A DNA stretch of 64,000 bases. Origin: an uncultured Gemmatimonadales bacterium. GTDB lineage: Bacteria > Gemmatimonadota > Gemmatimonadetes > Longimicrobiales > RSA9. Below, piece by piece: positions 25,809 to 36,179 of the stretch. The stretch covers positions 352,001 through 416,000 of the forward strand of contig CAWCRS010000008.1 in the NCBI GenBank assembly GCA_963798085.1, in the 5' to 3' direction. Made by a program: the position numbers and the translations under genes. The stretch's first letter is position 1; each line of letters starts with the position of its first letter. Under the pieces are notes generated by a model. The model saw only the letters and a list, made by a program, of their open reading frames with translations. It did no database searches and was not told the origin of the DNA.

Positions 25809-26987
25809 TCAGTCGGGCATACCCGGCAGATCGATGCCGTGCCTGTAATTCCACAGGTCGGGGGCCACGCACACGAAGGTGTGCTCGACCTCGTTCTGGA
25901 ATTCGCGATGGTGCACAGTCCGCTCCACGGTGCCTCCCACCGTCACCCGGTAGGCGTCGTACGGCAGCCAGAGGTTCCTGAACAGCGGGTAGCTGTCGTA
26001 GTTGCCCGACAGGACGCTCTGCCAGGTGCTGCTGTTCATCGTCGCTACCGTCGTCTTGTGCAGCGTGTCCCAGTGTCCGTGGTCGTAGCGCAGGTAGTCG
26101 AACGTGATCGAGCCGGCATCGTAGTACCACGGCATTTCATCTGGGACGATCAGATCGAAGTTCACATCCCTGCAGACCAGCTGCAGGTTCCAGAGGAACC
26201 CGGTCCACTTGCCCTTCACGAGGTCGTCACCCACGAGGGAAGGCGCAGGCGGCGCCGGCACCTCGGGCTCGTTGCAGCGCACCGTGGCGCTGACGACGTG
26301 CGCTTCCGTGCCACCCGCATACGTGCGCACGGTGGCAGTGAACACGGCGTCATACGGAGGCGAGCCGTAGCCCGGGTAGATGCCATAGGAACCATCCATC
26401 AGGAAGCCCCATTCGGTGCGCGCGATCGGCGTCCGCATCGCCGGCATGCTGGTCATGCGCTCACCGTCGTACCAGCTGCCGAAGTTCAGAACCCGCTCAC
26501 CGCTCACGAAGTCCCAGTCCCGTCCGTCAGGCGAGTTCAACGTCAGGTGAACACGCAGGCACGAGAGCTGGTCATCGGGGGCCATCCACGATCCCGTCAT
26601 TGCCTCGGGACCAGTGAGGTACGGCGCCAGCTTCAACGAGGGCAGTGTGTCCTCGTGCGGCGGCGGTGTCGGCAGGCGCAACTGCACGGGCAGTCGCAGC
26701 ACGTACAGGTAGATCGTCGGCCTCGACGCCGGCGATGACGGCATCCACATGAAGCGGCCCTTGTTGATGTGCTCGGTCACAATCGGCATGGCCGGGCAGG
26801 GGAAATCAGGACAGCCATACTCGTAGGTCACGCCGCTGATAACCACGGTGTTAGCACCGGGCGCGAGCGACATGGCAGGCGAGGTGGGATCCTCGCCGCT
26901 CCAGGCGTCCCTGCTGCATGCAGCGGGCAGCAGCGCAAGGAGCAGAACTACAGAGGGTCCCGTGATTCTGCGAAGATTCGCGTACAT
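25809..26987 (-). CDS. Hypothetical lipoprotein
   Basis: GAGGAGG SD; hydrophobic signal ending LPAAC; 392-aa aromatic/Pro-rich sequence with no recognised domain. Confidence 0.6.
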   Translation of the reverse strand: MYANLRRITGPSVVLLLALLPAACSRDAWSGEDPTSPAMSLAPGANTVVISGVTYEYGCPDFPCPAMPIVTEHINKGRFMWMPSSPASRPTIYLYVLRLPVQLRLPTPPPHEDTLPSLKLAPYLTGPEAMTGSWMAPDDQLSCLRVHLTLNSPDGRDWDFVSGERVLNFGSWYDGERMTSMPAMRTPIARTEWGFLMDGSYGIYPGYGSPPYDAVFTATVRTYAGGTEAHVVSATVRCNEPEVPAPPAPSLVGDDLVKGKWTGFLWNLQLVCRDVNFDLIVPDEMPWYYDAGSITFDYLRYDHGHWDTLHKTTVATMNSSTWQSVLSGNYDSYPLFRNLWLPYDAYRVTVGGTVERTVHHREFQNEVEHTFVCVAPDLWNYRHGIDLPGMPD

Positions 26988-27460
26988 CGAACCCTCCTCA
27001 CAGAGACCGTGAACCCGGAGACCGCCTTCAGCTGCTGACCGCTCCGGCGGTTCAGCCCCTCCACACTGGAGGTTGCCGGCGTCACCCCGTCATCGTGCAA
27101 GGAGAACGCCGCGTGCGTGCGCCGCCCGCGTTTTCCGTGGCCGCGCCGCAACAGTGGGCGTCGCCGGACCGGAGCGAGGACGGACCGTGTCGTGTAACAT
27201 GGCCATCCGCATGCAGAAGCCACATCGGCCCGGACTGGCGCACACAACCAACACTTCGTTATCGGCGTGCACCACGCGGGCGCCGGCACCTGCGTCGAGG
27301 CCGCGCGTCATGGTCACAAGGCGACGAATCAGCGGCTGGTGGTGGGTCATTCTGCGACAGGATTTCGTCCGCCCATCTCGCCACGACCCGTAGCGCCCAC
27401 GCGGTCGGAGGCTTTAACCTCCTGCATGAGCAAGGGAAACGGGAACCGGGCGGTGGCGCG

Positions 27461-29428
27461 ATGAGCCTGGTCGCCCTGAACGGCGTCGATTTCGATTACG
27501 CGGGTGAGACCCTGCTGCGCAGCGTCAGCTTCGCCGTCGAGCGGGGCGAGCGCTGGGGCGTCGTGGGCCGCAATGGCTCGGGCAAGACTACACTGTTCCG
27601 GCTCATCGCCGGCACACTGCAGCCGACAGCCGGCTCGATCGCGCGCGCGGCGGGCACGCGCATCACGCTGCTGGACCAGCACCGTACGTTCGAGCAGGCG
27701 ACGACGGTGTGGCAGGCCGCCGCCTCGCCCTTTGCCCATCTGCTCGAGCTGGAGGCGTCGCTCGAAGCCCAGGCGCACGCGCTCGCGCACGACGCGTCGC
27801 CTGCCGCGCTCACGCGCTACGATGACGACTTGCACCGCTTCCAGAACGAGGGCGGCCATACCTTTCGCGCCACTGTGGCCGCCGTGCTGGAAGGACTGGG
27901 CTTCAATGCGGAGGGCGCACACACGCAGCGGCTGGCCGGACTCTCCGGCGGGGAGCGCGGCCGCCTCGGCCTGGTGCGGCAGCTGGCATCTCCCGGCGAC
28001 CTGCTGCTGCTGGACGAGCCCACCAACCATCTCGACCTGGAGACCACGCGCTGGCTCGAGGATTATCTGATCGGCTCGCGTAATACGCTGCTAGCCATCA
28101 GCCACGACCGCGCTTTCCTGGCGCGCATCGCGGATCACATCCTGCACCTCGAAGACCACGGCGCAGTGCCCTACGCCTCAGGCTACGAGCAGTTCGTCGC
28201 CATCCGCACCGAGCGGCGCGAGGCGCAGCGCCGCGCCTTCGAGCAGCAGCAGCGCAAGGTCAGCGCGGAAGAGGACTATATCCGCCGCAACATTGCGGGA
28301 CAGAACAGCCGTCAGGCGAAAGGGCGGCGCACGCGGCTCGCCCGCATGCCCAGACTCTCGCCGCCACCGGGCGAAGCGGGTGCCATGGCGGTGCGCCTGC
28401 CGGCGGGCGAGCGAGGCGGCGACCAGGTGCTCGTCGCGCGCGACGTACGCCTCGAAGTGGGAGCGCCGCCGCGCGTGCTGCTCGAGGACTTTTCCGCGCG
28501 CGTGACGCGTGGCGAGGTGATCGGCATCGTGGGGCCGAATGGCGCCGGCAAGTCGACGCTGCTGCACGCCATTGCAGGCGAGCGCCCGCCTGCGGCCGGC
28601 GCGCTGCTGCCGGGCGCGGGCGTTACCGCCGCGCACTACCGGCAGGACCTGGCGCAGGTGCCGGCCACCCGCTCGCTGTTCAATACCATCCACGACCTGC
28701 GTCCGCGCTGGGATCGCGGACAGGTGCAGAACCACCTGGGCCGCTTCGCATTCTCGGGCGATGAAGTGCAGCGCCTCGCAGGCTCGCTCTCCGGCGGCGA
28801 GCAGGCCAGGCTGGCGCTCGCCATGATCGTGCTCTCCGGCGCCAACCTGCTGCTCTTCGACGAGCCCACCAATCATCTCAATGTGGAATCGATCGAAGCG
28901 CTCGAGGATGCGCTCGACGACTATGACGGCACTGTCCTGCTGGTGAGCCACGATCGCGCCTTGCTGGCCGCGCTCACCACCCGCATCTGGGCGCTCTACG
29001 GCAGCCACATCGAGGACTTCGATGGCCCGTTCAGCGACTGGCTCGAGGCGAAGTCGAAGCGCGAGTCCGATGCGCAGCAGGCGGCGGCGCAGGTGGCAGG
29101 GGAAGCGCGCGCCGTGCAGCGCAGACAGGCGAAGCGCGCACACGACACGCGCCAGCAGCACGCCACGCAGCGGCGCTCCTCGAAAAGAGCCGTCGAACAG
29201 GCGGAAGCGCACGCACACACCATCGAGGCGCGTGTGTCGCAGCTCACGGCCCGGCTGCACGACGAGTCACTCTATCGCACTGCCGATGGCGCCGCCGATG
29301 CAGCCCGCCTGCAGGCCGAACTGCGCACGGCGCAGCAGGAGCTGGACGTGGCACTGAACGCCTGGGCAGCACTGGAAGAGCAGCAGCGGCGGGAAGCAGA
29401 GCCCGCGCGCCGGCCGACCGGTTCCTGA
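27461..29428 (+). CDS. ABC-F family ATP-binding protein
   Basis: Two ABC cassettes (GRNGSGKT/LSGGE/DEPTNHLD and GPNGAGKS/LSGGE/DEPTNHL), no TM segments, coiled-coil C-terminus. Confidence 0.92.
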   Translation: MSLVALNGVDFDYAGETLLRSVSFAVERGERWGVVGRNGSGKTTLFRLIAGTLQPTAGSIARAAGTRITLLDQHRTFEQATTVWQAAASPFAHLLELEASLEAQAHALAHDASPAALTRYDDDLHRFQNEGGHTFRATVAAVLEGLGFNAEGAHTQRLAGLSGGERGRLGLVRQLASPGDLLLLDEPTNHLDLETTRWLEDYLIGSRNTLLAISHDRAFLARIADHILHLEDHGAVPYASGYEQFVAIRTERREAQRRAFEQQQRKVSAEEDYIRRNIAGQNSRQAKGRRTRLARMPRLSPPPGEAGAMAVRLPAGERGGDQVLVARDVRLEVGAPPRVLLEDFSARVTRGEVIGIVGPNGAGKSTLLHAIAGERPPAAGALLPGAGVTAAHYRQDLAQVPATRSLFNTIHDLRPRWDRGQVQNHLGRFAFSGDEVQRLAGSLSGGEQARLALAMIVLSGANLLLFDEPTNHLNVESIEALEDALDDYDGTVLLVSHDRALLAALTTRIWALYGSHIEDFDGPFSDWLEAKSKRESDAQQAAAQVAGEARAVQRRQAKRAHDTRQQHATQRRSSKRAVEQAEAHAHTIEARVSQLTARLHDESLYRTADGAADAARLQAELRTAQQELDVALNAWAALEEQQRREAEPARRPTGS

Positions 29429-29501
29429 GGTCCAGGCAGCCTGACTGACAGGCTGTCAGGCGATCGCCCGGTGCGCCGGCGGGCTCACGCTGACAGCGGT
29501 G

Positions 29502-30497
29502 TCAGCGGACGATCTGGAACAGGGCGTCGACGTCCGGCGTGATCGCAGACAGACCACCGGCGGTGACGCCCCCGGCTATGGTCCGCTGCACACTGCGCAG
29601 CGCGGTGAGCACCGCGCTGCCGGCGCTGTCCGTGGCGTTGCCGAGTTTGTCGACCAGGGCATCCAGCTGCTTCGCCGCCTCGCCGTCCCGCGCGAAGTAG
29701 GCCGGCCGGTTCAGCCGCACGGCCATCGCGGCCTGCTCCGCCCAAAGTCCGATCTCGAACCAGGGCGCCGGAAACAGGCCGGGTGCGCCCGCGGCCGCTG
29801 CCTGCCATTCCCGGTGCCGACTTGCCGGTACGACGCCCGGTTGCGGCGGCACGGCTTCCGCTGCGGCGACCAGCGCGACCACGGGCGGGCTCAGTGGTGT
29901 GGCGGCGTCGAGCGTGCCGCGCAGGTCCCTGTCCGCGAGACGCATGGCCGGCGTGTCCGCCAGCTCCCACGCCACGCGCAGGTCCGTGAAGCGCACGCCC
30001 GCACGGAACCCCAGCTCCCGCGCGGGCGCCTCGGCGGCTGCACCGCTGCGCCTGGCCGGCACCCGCGTGCCGAGCCACGTCGAGTCGAACAGCGCCTGAA
30101 AGGAGCCTCGCCCGCCGGCCGACTGGATGCCGAGCGCGAACGCGCCGTTAGCCGTGTCGTGATGCCAGACCATCGGCGCCAGCCAGAACACGGCCAGCAC
30201 AGCCGCCGCCGCAGGCAGCAACACCTGCCAGCGCAGAAAGTGCGGGGGCTCCGGCATGACGGGGGATGGCGCACCCTGGCCTGCTGCAACCGGCACTGCG
30301 ATGCCCGCGGCTCGCAGCGCGGCCGCATCGGCAAACACTTCGTACAGCCCGGGTGAGCGCACGATCATCGCGGCCAGTTCCGCCCGCTTCGCTGGTGGCA
30401 GGCGATTCTCCAGGAATGCCGCCAGCAGCTCGAGATCGTCCTGCTCTTCGTCGCCATGCGCGACCGGCTCCAGATCGTCCTGTGGTTCGCTTGTCAC
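29502..30497 (-). CDS. Putative membrane-anchored anti-sigma factor (degenerate zf-HC2-like N-terminus)
   Basis: LLAAFLENRL..RAEL N-terminus, one TM helix; downstream of a sigma factor; paralogous to 39910-40852. Confidence 0.6.
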   Translation of the reverse strand: MTSEPQDDLEPVAHGDEEQDDLELLAAFLENRLPPAKRAELAAMIVRSPGLYEVFADAAALRAAGIAVPVAAGQGAPSPVMPEPPHFLRWQVLLPAAAAVLAVFWLAPMVWHHDTANGAFALGIQSAGGRGSFQALFDSTWLGTRVPARRSGAAAEAPARELGFRAGVRFTDLRVAWELADTPAMRLADRDLRGTLDAATPLSPPVVALVAAAEAVPPQPGVVPASRHREWQAAAAGAPGLFPAPWFEIGLWAEQAAMAVRLNRPAYFARDGEAAKQLDALVDKLGNATDSAGSAVLTALRSVQRTIAGGVTAGGLSAITPDVDALFQIVR

Positions 30498-30541
30498 AAC
30501 TGACTCCTCGGCTCGGTCCGGGGTCCGGGTCTCAGCTTAAG

Positions 30542-30565
30542 GACGGACATGAACCGTCGCCTTCG
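30542..30565 (-). promoter_or_regulatory. Putative ECF-type promoter (CGAA-N16-CGTC)
   Basis: Matches the motif upstream of 39910 and 44077; lies between sigma and anti-sigma genes. Confidence 0.35.
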
Positions 30566-30570
30566 CCCCA

Positions 30571-31362
30571 TCAGCGCACCCGTTCGTCATCGGACAGCAG
30601 CTCGCGCACGGTTTCCGCGTCCACACCATCCGCGCGCAGCAGCACGCGCAGCCGCTTCACAATGCGCTCCAGACGGCGGTACAACGGCTTGGCGGTGAGG
30701 TTCAACGCGCGCGCAATGTCAGGGATGTGCATGTGCTCCCACACCCTCAGACGAAGCAGTATCTGATCTTCATTCGGTAACTGTGCCATGGCCCGAGCCA
30801 GCTTCGCCTGCACGCGTTGCCACGCCTGCTGCCGCTCGTCTGACAGCACGCCGTCATCCGCATGATCCGGAGAGCACGCGTCCAGTGGCAGGGCACGATC
30901 GTGTTTGCGCGGATTCGCGTTGCGCGGCAACTGCGCGGCGAGTCGGCGCAGCTCGCCATCGGTCATGTTCACGCCGCGGCTGCGCAGCATCTCGATCGCC
31001 TGTTCCAGACCCATGCCCTCGCGCTCGAGGAGGGCCTGCAGCCGCACCGCGACGGGGCCCAGTCGCTTCGCTCCCGCCGATGGGCGCCAGCGGCCCAGCT
31101 GCTTGACGCGAAAATCGAGGTACAGGTGGGGAACGACCGTGCCCAGATAACCGAGCATTGTGGATTCGCCGCGGTGCTTGCGCAGTCTCGCGTAGTCGTT
31201 CTCGATCAGGCGTTCCTTCACGAATGACGCGAAGTCCTGCGCCTCGTCCGGATCGAGTCCGTGCCGGTGGGCGAGCGACGTCAGCAGCAGCTCGAGGCCT
31301 GGCAGTACGTCGAGGAGAACCTGAGCGGGATCGACGGGGTTCTCCGGGCTGGTGTCGGACAC
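30571..31362 (-). CDS. ECF-like sigma-70 factor with insertion between regions 2 and 4
   Basis: Region 2 (DEAQDFASFV..YLGTVV..YLDF), region 4 HTH (LPNEDQILLRL..IPDIARALNL..LYRRL); GTG start chosen at 31362. Confidence 0.8.
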   Translation of the reverse strand: MSDTSPENPVDPAQVLLDVLPGLELLLTSLAHRHGLDPDEAQDFASFVKERLIENDYARLRKHRGESTMLGYLGTVVPHLYLDFRVKQLGRWRPSAGAKRLGPVAVRLQALLEREGMGLEQAIEMLRSRGVNMTDGELRRLAAQLPRNANPRKHDRALPLDACSPDHADDGVLSDERQQAWQRVQAKLARAMAQLPNEDQILLRLRVWEHMHIPDIARALNLTAKPLYRRLERIVKRLRVLLRADGVDAETVRELLSDDERVR

Positions 31363-31731
31363 GCTCGGCGCGGCTCTCCGGTACCCGGGCCGGTTCTGCT
31401 GAAGAGCCGACCGTCCTCGCCACGCAGCGCCGCCTGACCCGGCCGCGCTGCCGGAACTGTGCCGCTCATAGTAGGCTCGCACACGCTTCGATGCGAGGGC
31501 GGGAGCCCGCCCGGCACGGACTCAGGCGAGAACGCGCTTCACCTTCCGGCGCTGCGCCGCCACCCGCGCCACCGCGCATCCGTCCCGGTCGCCAGAACGG
31601 CAATCCCGAAGTCGTTGCGTTCCGCCCCGTCAGCTTTCCATCATGAAGTCCGCGACCCGACTGGACCGTAGTGTCGAGTACGGTCTACTGGAACGGGCCG
31701 CATCTCCCAGCCTCCCGCACGGAGGAGTCCC

Positions 31732-32862
31732 GTGTCTGCGCAACTGCAACTCGCACTGCACGTCCTCACCCTCGCCGCCGGTTTCGCGCTCGTGCTGTGG
31801 GGACTCCGCATCTTCAAGGCGTACATCGCGTTCCTGGGCCTGTTCTTCGGCTGCGCGGTGGGCGGTTCCATCGCCGCCATCGCCGTCGGCTCGAGCCAGT
31901 CGATTCTGGCGGGCGCCGCCATTGGCGGGTTGCTCGGCGCTCTGCTCGCCTGGCCGTTCCAGAAGCTGCTCGTCTTCATGACTGCCGGCTTCCTGGGCGC
32001 GGCGGGCGGCGCCGCCATCGCGCTCGCCACCGCCGGCTCACAACACGTCGCGCTCGCCGCCATCATTGGCTTCATCGTGGGCGGCGTCTTCGCCGTTGCG
32101 CTGTACGACGTCGTTGTCATCACGGCGATGGCGGTGAACGGCGCACAGCTGATCTTCCAGGCCATCTATGTGCCGTTCCAGACCTGGAACGGGTCGCCGC
32201 GCACAGTCGCTACCAGGATGCTGGAGATCTACGCGGATCGCATCACGGCGCTTGCCGTGACGACCCTTCTGTTCGTGGGCTTCGCCGTGTGGTATCAGAA
32301 GAGCCTGCGCCGCCGTGCGCTGGCACAGGATCCCGCCGCCCTCGCCACACGCCGCATTGCCGTGCGCCTCGCCATGCTGATCATCGGCGCCTTCGCGCTG
32401 ACATCGGTCCTCATGGTGAACGGCACCTGGTCGCTTTCCAGCTTCGAGCTGATCGGCATGCACGCGCTCAGCTGGCCGCTCGTTTGCCTCGCCGCGGCCG
32501 CGTTCACCCGCTTTCCCCTGCCCCGGGCCACGAACATGGCAGGCGACCTGCTGCGTCCGCGTTACCGGCGCCAGCGCCGGTGGCTGGGTGTGGCCGCGTT
32601 CGGCGCTACCGTTCCACCGCTGATCACCTGCGCACTGTTCGTGCTGTACGGCAGCAGCTGGCAAACACTGCGCCTGTATTACGCAGGCTTCCTGAGTGGC
32701 TCGCCACTCGAGCTGTTGCTCAAGTGGACCTGCGCCCTGGCCATCACGCCCATGCTGCTGGCCGGTGCCGCACCTGCGTTCGTGGCGCAGCCCGCGCCGC
32801 TGGCGGCACCGCCCGCGCCACCGCCGCCCGCACCCGCGCCACTGGTTGCGGAGGCTGTGTAA
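31732..32862 (+). CDS. Polytopic membrane protein (DUF4203/TMEM198-like N-terminus)
   Basis: GGAGGAG SD; about 10 hydrophobic Gly-rich helices; Pro-rich tail. Confidence 0.6.
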   Translation: MSAQLQLALHVLTLAAGFALVLWGLRIFKAYIAFLGLFFGCAVGGSIAAIAVGSSQSILAGAAIGGLLGALLAWPFQKLLVFMTAGFLGAAGGAAIALATAGSQHVALAAIIGFIVGGVFAVALYDVVVITAMAVNGAQLIFQAIYVPFQTWNGSPRTVATRMLEIYADRITALAVTTLLFVGFAVWYQKSLRRRALAQDPAALATRRIAVRLAMLIIGAFALTSVLMVNGTWSLSSFELIGMHALSWPLVCLAAAAFTRFPLPRATNMAGDLLRPRYRRQRRWLGVAAFGATVPPLITCALFVLYGSSWQTLRLYYAGFLSGSPLELLLKWTCALAITPMLLAGAAPAFVAQPAPLAAPPAPPPPAPAPLVAEAV

Positions 32863-32866
32863 TGAA

Positions 32867-32909
32867 CTGTCAGGGGTCCGCCGGCACACGACCAGCGGAC
32901 CCCTGACAG
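32867..32909. terminator. Perfect 15-bp inverted repeat between convergent genes (probable terminator or REP-like hairpin)
   Basis: CTGTCAGGGGTCCGC ... GCGGACCCCTGACAG; no clear U tract. Confidence 0.55.
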
Positions 32910-32928
32910 GCTGCAGGACCGCGAACGC

Positions 32929-35604
32929 CTACTCGATACTCAGCGCCCGCACCGGATCGATCACCGCCGCCCGCCGCGCCGGTACCACGCAGGCCAGCGT
33001 TGCCACCAGCAGCACCAGCGCGCTCACCGCCAGATAGACGTACACGTCGATGCTGGCCACGTTGAACAGCTGCGACTTGATCACGCTGTTCGTGGCCAGT
33101 GCGCCGCCCACGCCCAGCGCTACGCCCACCAGCGCCAGCGTGCCGCCTCGCCACGCCACCTGCAGCGCCACGCGCATGGCGCGCGCGCCCAGCGCCATGC
33201 GCACGCCGATCTCGCGCGTCTGCCGCTCCACGGAATAGGCCAGCACGCCGTAGATGCCCACACAGGCGAGCAGCAGCGCCGTGCCCGCGAATACGCCAAT
33301 GAGCGTCAGCTGGAAGCGGCGGCCCGCCAGTGCGGAATCCACGATCTCGGCCATCGGCTGTACCCGCACCATGGCCACGGCCGGATCGATGTCGTGCGCC
33401 GCCCGGCGCAGCAGATCGGCCACCACGCTCACAGGCTGCGGTGAGCGCACCATCAGGTTGCCGGCGGACGCCGAGGGGAAATACATGGTGGGCCGCGGCA
33501 CCTGGTCCGGACCGAAATCGCGCACGTCATCCACGACGCCGATCACTTCGCACTCCGCGGGCCAGGTGCCCGACAGCTTCCAGCCCATGGGCGAGTCATC
33601 CCCGAAGAGCTGGTGCGCGAGTGTGCGGTTGATCACCACCTGTCTGCTGTTCGCATCCCGCGTTTCCGCCTCCGTGAAGCTGCGTCCGCTCAGCAGCTTC
33701 ATGCCCATCGTGTGGAAGTACGCAGCCGTTACGTTTCTCGCCTCCACGAAGGATGCCTTCGCGTCCCGGCCCAGCACGCCGATCTCCGTGTAGTTGTTGC
33801 CGAACTCGCGCACCGGCACCATGCTCGACATGGCGGAGGACGTGATCTGGCCGTTTGCCGAAAGCGCCGTCATGAGCTGATCCTGGAACGCCTGCACCTG
33901 CGCATTGTCGGGATAGCGGGACGCCGGGAACCAGAAGTTAGCCGCCAGCAGGTGCTCGGGATCGAAGCCCAGGTCGGAGCCCACCGCGGCCGCATAACTC
34001 TTGAGCAGCAGGCCCGCGCCCGTGACCAGCATGATGGCCAGCGCCACCTCGGCCACCACGAGTGCGCGGCCCACGCGCGAGAGACGCGCCGTGCCGCCCC
34101 GACCGCCTTCGCGCAGCACGTCGAAGTTGGGACGGCCGCGCAGCGCGGGCGCGAGGCCCACGAGCACGCCTGTCGCCAGCGAAGCGAGCAGCGTGAAGCC
34201 GAGCACCGGCGCATTGATGCCCACTGCGGAAGAGCGCGGCACCGAGTTCGCGAACGTGGCTTTCAGCACGTGCACGCCCGCCCACGCCACGGCCACGCCC
34301 GCAGCACCGCCCAGTACTGCCGTGATCACGCCTTCTGTGAGGAACTGTCGCGCCAGCTGCCAGCGGCCCGCGCCCAGCGCAGTGCGCACGCCCACCTCAC
34401 GCTGGCGGCGTTCGCTGCGCACCAGCAGCAGGTTGGTCACATTGGCGCACGCTATGAGCAGCACAAAGAGCGCCGACACCGCGAGGATCATGAGCGGCTT
34501 GCGCGTCGCCTGCGTCGAGATGTCGCGCAGCGTGCGCGCCGAGAAGCTGGTGTTCTCGTTGCCTTTCGGGAACTGATCGCGCAGCGGTATCCACGCGGAC
34601 TTCAGTTCGGCGGCTGCGGTCGTGACATCGGCACGCGGCGCCAGTCGCGCGTACATGCGGATGTAGTTCTGCCCGCGCGCCGCGCGCTGCTGTTCGGTAA
34701 AGCGCAGCGGCACCCACACGACCGAGCCGAGGAAGCTGAACTCGCGCGGCATGACACCGATCACCGTCGTCGGCTCGTCATTCAGGCGAAAGTCCCTGCC
34801 CACGGCGCTCGGGTCGCCACCCAGCTGTGTGCGCCAGAAACCGTCGCTCACGATCGCCACCGCGGGCGCACCCTGCTGCCCATCGGCCGCGCTGAAGCCA
34901 CGGCCACGCGCCGGCGCCACGCCCAGCATGTCCAGCAAACCCGTGGTTACCGCGGCGCCCGCGAAGCGCGCCGCATCACCCTGTCCGGACAGCACAAACG
35001 ACTGCGTCGCCACACCCTCGAGCGGCGACAGCGAATGCGCCCGCTCGCGCATGTCGTAGAAGTTGCCCGGCGAGAGCGGCAGCAGCGCACCCGCGATGCT
35101 GGGATGCGTGCGACCCACCATCACCACCCGATCCGCATCGCGGTAGGGGAGGGGCGCGAACAGCGCGCCGTAGAGCACGCTGAATACCGCCGTGTTCATG
35201 CCGATGCCCAGCGCCAGCGTGGCGATCACCACCACCGTGAAAGACGGGTGGCGGCGCAGGAAGCGCAGGCCGAAGCGCACATCCTCGAAGAGTCGCTGCA
35301 TGAATCCTCCGTGCCTTGTCGGGCGACCCGCCCGTTCCACGTATCCGTCGAAAACCGGCGCCGGCGCTCTGTCCATGCGCTCGCGCAGCGCCGCCACCGC
35401 CAGACTCCACGACGTGCGCAGCAGGAACAGCACTGCCGCGCCACGACCGGCCTGCCGGACTTCCACCCACCGCTCCGCGAACGTCTCCCCCATCTCGGCG
35501 CCGTAGCGCTCGCGGAAGGCGGCCGGATACAGCCCTAACATGAGTGTTATAAGGCGGCGCGCCGCCGCGGGCGGCCTGGCACCGCGCTCGCCGGCTGGCC
35601 GCAT
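32929..35604 (-). CDS. ABC transporter permease, duplicated MacB/FtsX (ADOP-type orphan permease)
   Basis: LYPAAFRERYGAEM prefix, TLALGIGMNTAVFS, LLIACANVTNLLL, REVGVRTALGA, REIGVRMALGA, IDPVRAL. Confidence 0.9.
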   Translation of the reverse strand: MRPAGERGARPPAAARRLITLMLGLYPAAFRERYGAEMGETFAERWVEVRQAGRGAAVLFLLRTSWSLAVAALRERMDRAPAPVFDGYVERAGRPTRHGGFMQRLFEDVRFGLRFLRRHPSFTVVVIATLALGIGMNTAVFSVLYGALFAPLPYRDADRVVMVGRTHPSIAGALLPLSPGNFYDMRERAHSLSPLEGVATQSFVLSGQGDAARFAGAAVTTGLLDMLGVAPARGRGFSAADGQQGAPAVAIVSDGFWRTQLGGDPSAVGRDFRLNDEPTTVIGVMPREFSFLGSVVWVPLRFTEQQRAARGQNYIRMYARLAPRADVTTAAAELKSAWIPLRDQFPKGNENTSFSARTLRDISTQATRKPLMILAVSALFVLLIACANVTNLLLVRSERRQREVGVRTALGAGRWQLARQFLTEGVITAVLGGAAGVAVAWAGVHVLKATFANSVPRSSAVGINAPVLGFTLLASLATGVLVGLAPALRGRPNFDVLREGGRGGTARLSRVGRALVVAEVALAIMLVTGAGLLLKSYAAAVGSDLGFDPEHLLAANFWFPASRYPDNAQVQAFQDQLMTALSANGQITSSAMSSMVPVREFGNNYTEIGVLGRDAKASFVEARNVTAAYFHTMGMKLLSGRSFTEAETRDANSRQVVINRTLAHQLFGDDSPMGWKLSGTWPAECEVIGVVDDVRDFGPDQVPRPTMYFPSASAGNLMVRSPQPVSVVADLLRRAAHDIDPAVAMVRVQPMAEIVDSALAGRRFQLTLIGVFAGTALLLACVGIYGVLAYSVERQTREIGVRMALGARAMRVALQVAWRGGTLALVGVALGVGGALATNSVIKSQLFNVASIDVYVYLAVSALVLLVATLACVVPARRAAVIDPVRALSIE

Positions 35605-35975
35605 CAGCGCGCCTCGCGCGGCTGCATGGGCCGCTGCCCCGCCAGCTCCAGCACCGCCCGCAGCCGCTCCAGCTCCGCCGTCACCACCGCCCGGCCCAGC
35701 GCCGTAATGCGATAGAACCGGCGGTCCCGACCCGGCGCCGGCCCGTCATCCGTCGCCCTCGCCTCCTCCATCAGCCCGTCCCGCTCCAGCCGGTGCACCA
35801 CCCGGTACAGCGAGCCCAGCTCCACACGCAGCGCACCGCCCGACTGCTCCTCCACCGCCTTCATCAGCGCGTAGCCGTGCAGCGGCGCCCGCGAAACGGC
35901 CAGCAGCAGCTGCAGGTCGGCGGGCGCCAGCGGCAGGAACGCGCGCGGGTCGGGCTGCTTTTTCCTGGCAGTCAC
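35604..35975 (-). CDS. PadR family transcriptional regulator
   Basis: HGYALMK, GSLYRVVHRLERDGL, RRFYRITALG; 1-nt overlap with the permease start. Confidence 0.9.
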   Translation of the reverse strand: MTARKKQPDPRAFLPLAPADLQLLLAVSRAPLHGYALMKAVEEQSGGALRVELGSLYRVVHRLERDGLMEEARATDDGPAPGRDRRFYRITALGRAVVTAELERLRAVLELAGQRPMQPREAR

Positions 35976-36179
35976 GGTCGTCTCTCCTTATCTGGTCGCT
36001 GCATATATGTAGCAAGATAATATAGGACCGACAACCGGGCTGGGGCGAACCGCGCGACGACGCCCGCGACTGGCGTGATTTTCCCTTCGGGCGCGTGAGT
36101 TTTCCCCCGACATGCGGAATCCGGCGAAGCCACAGATTCCTTCCGGGGAGGGCAGTTCCGGGTGCTGCAGGAGGCGCAT

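Noticed and set aside
27179..27205. GTCCGTCC element upstream of the orphan lipoprotein as a fourth ECF promoter
   Set aside because: The -10-like part matches, but there is no GAA at the 16-17 nt spacing.
27461..29428. ABC-F as an antibiotic-resistance gene or as the ATPase for the orphan permeases
   Set aside because: It has a generic housekeeping ABC-F architecture; subfamily cannot be assigned by eye, and ABC-F proteins act on ribosomes rather than with permeases.
29437..29505. Nested CTGACAG/CTGTCAG palindromes as CRISPR repeats or attC sites
   Set aside because: No repeat-spacer periodicity and no integrase; treated as a convergent-gene hairpin and a variant of the dispersed motif.
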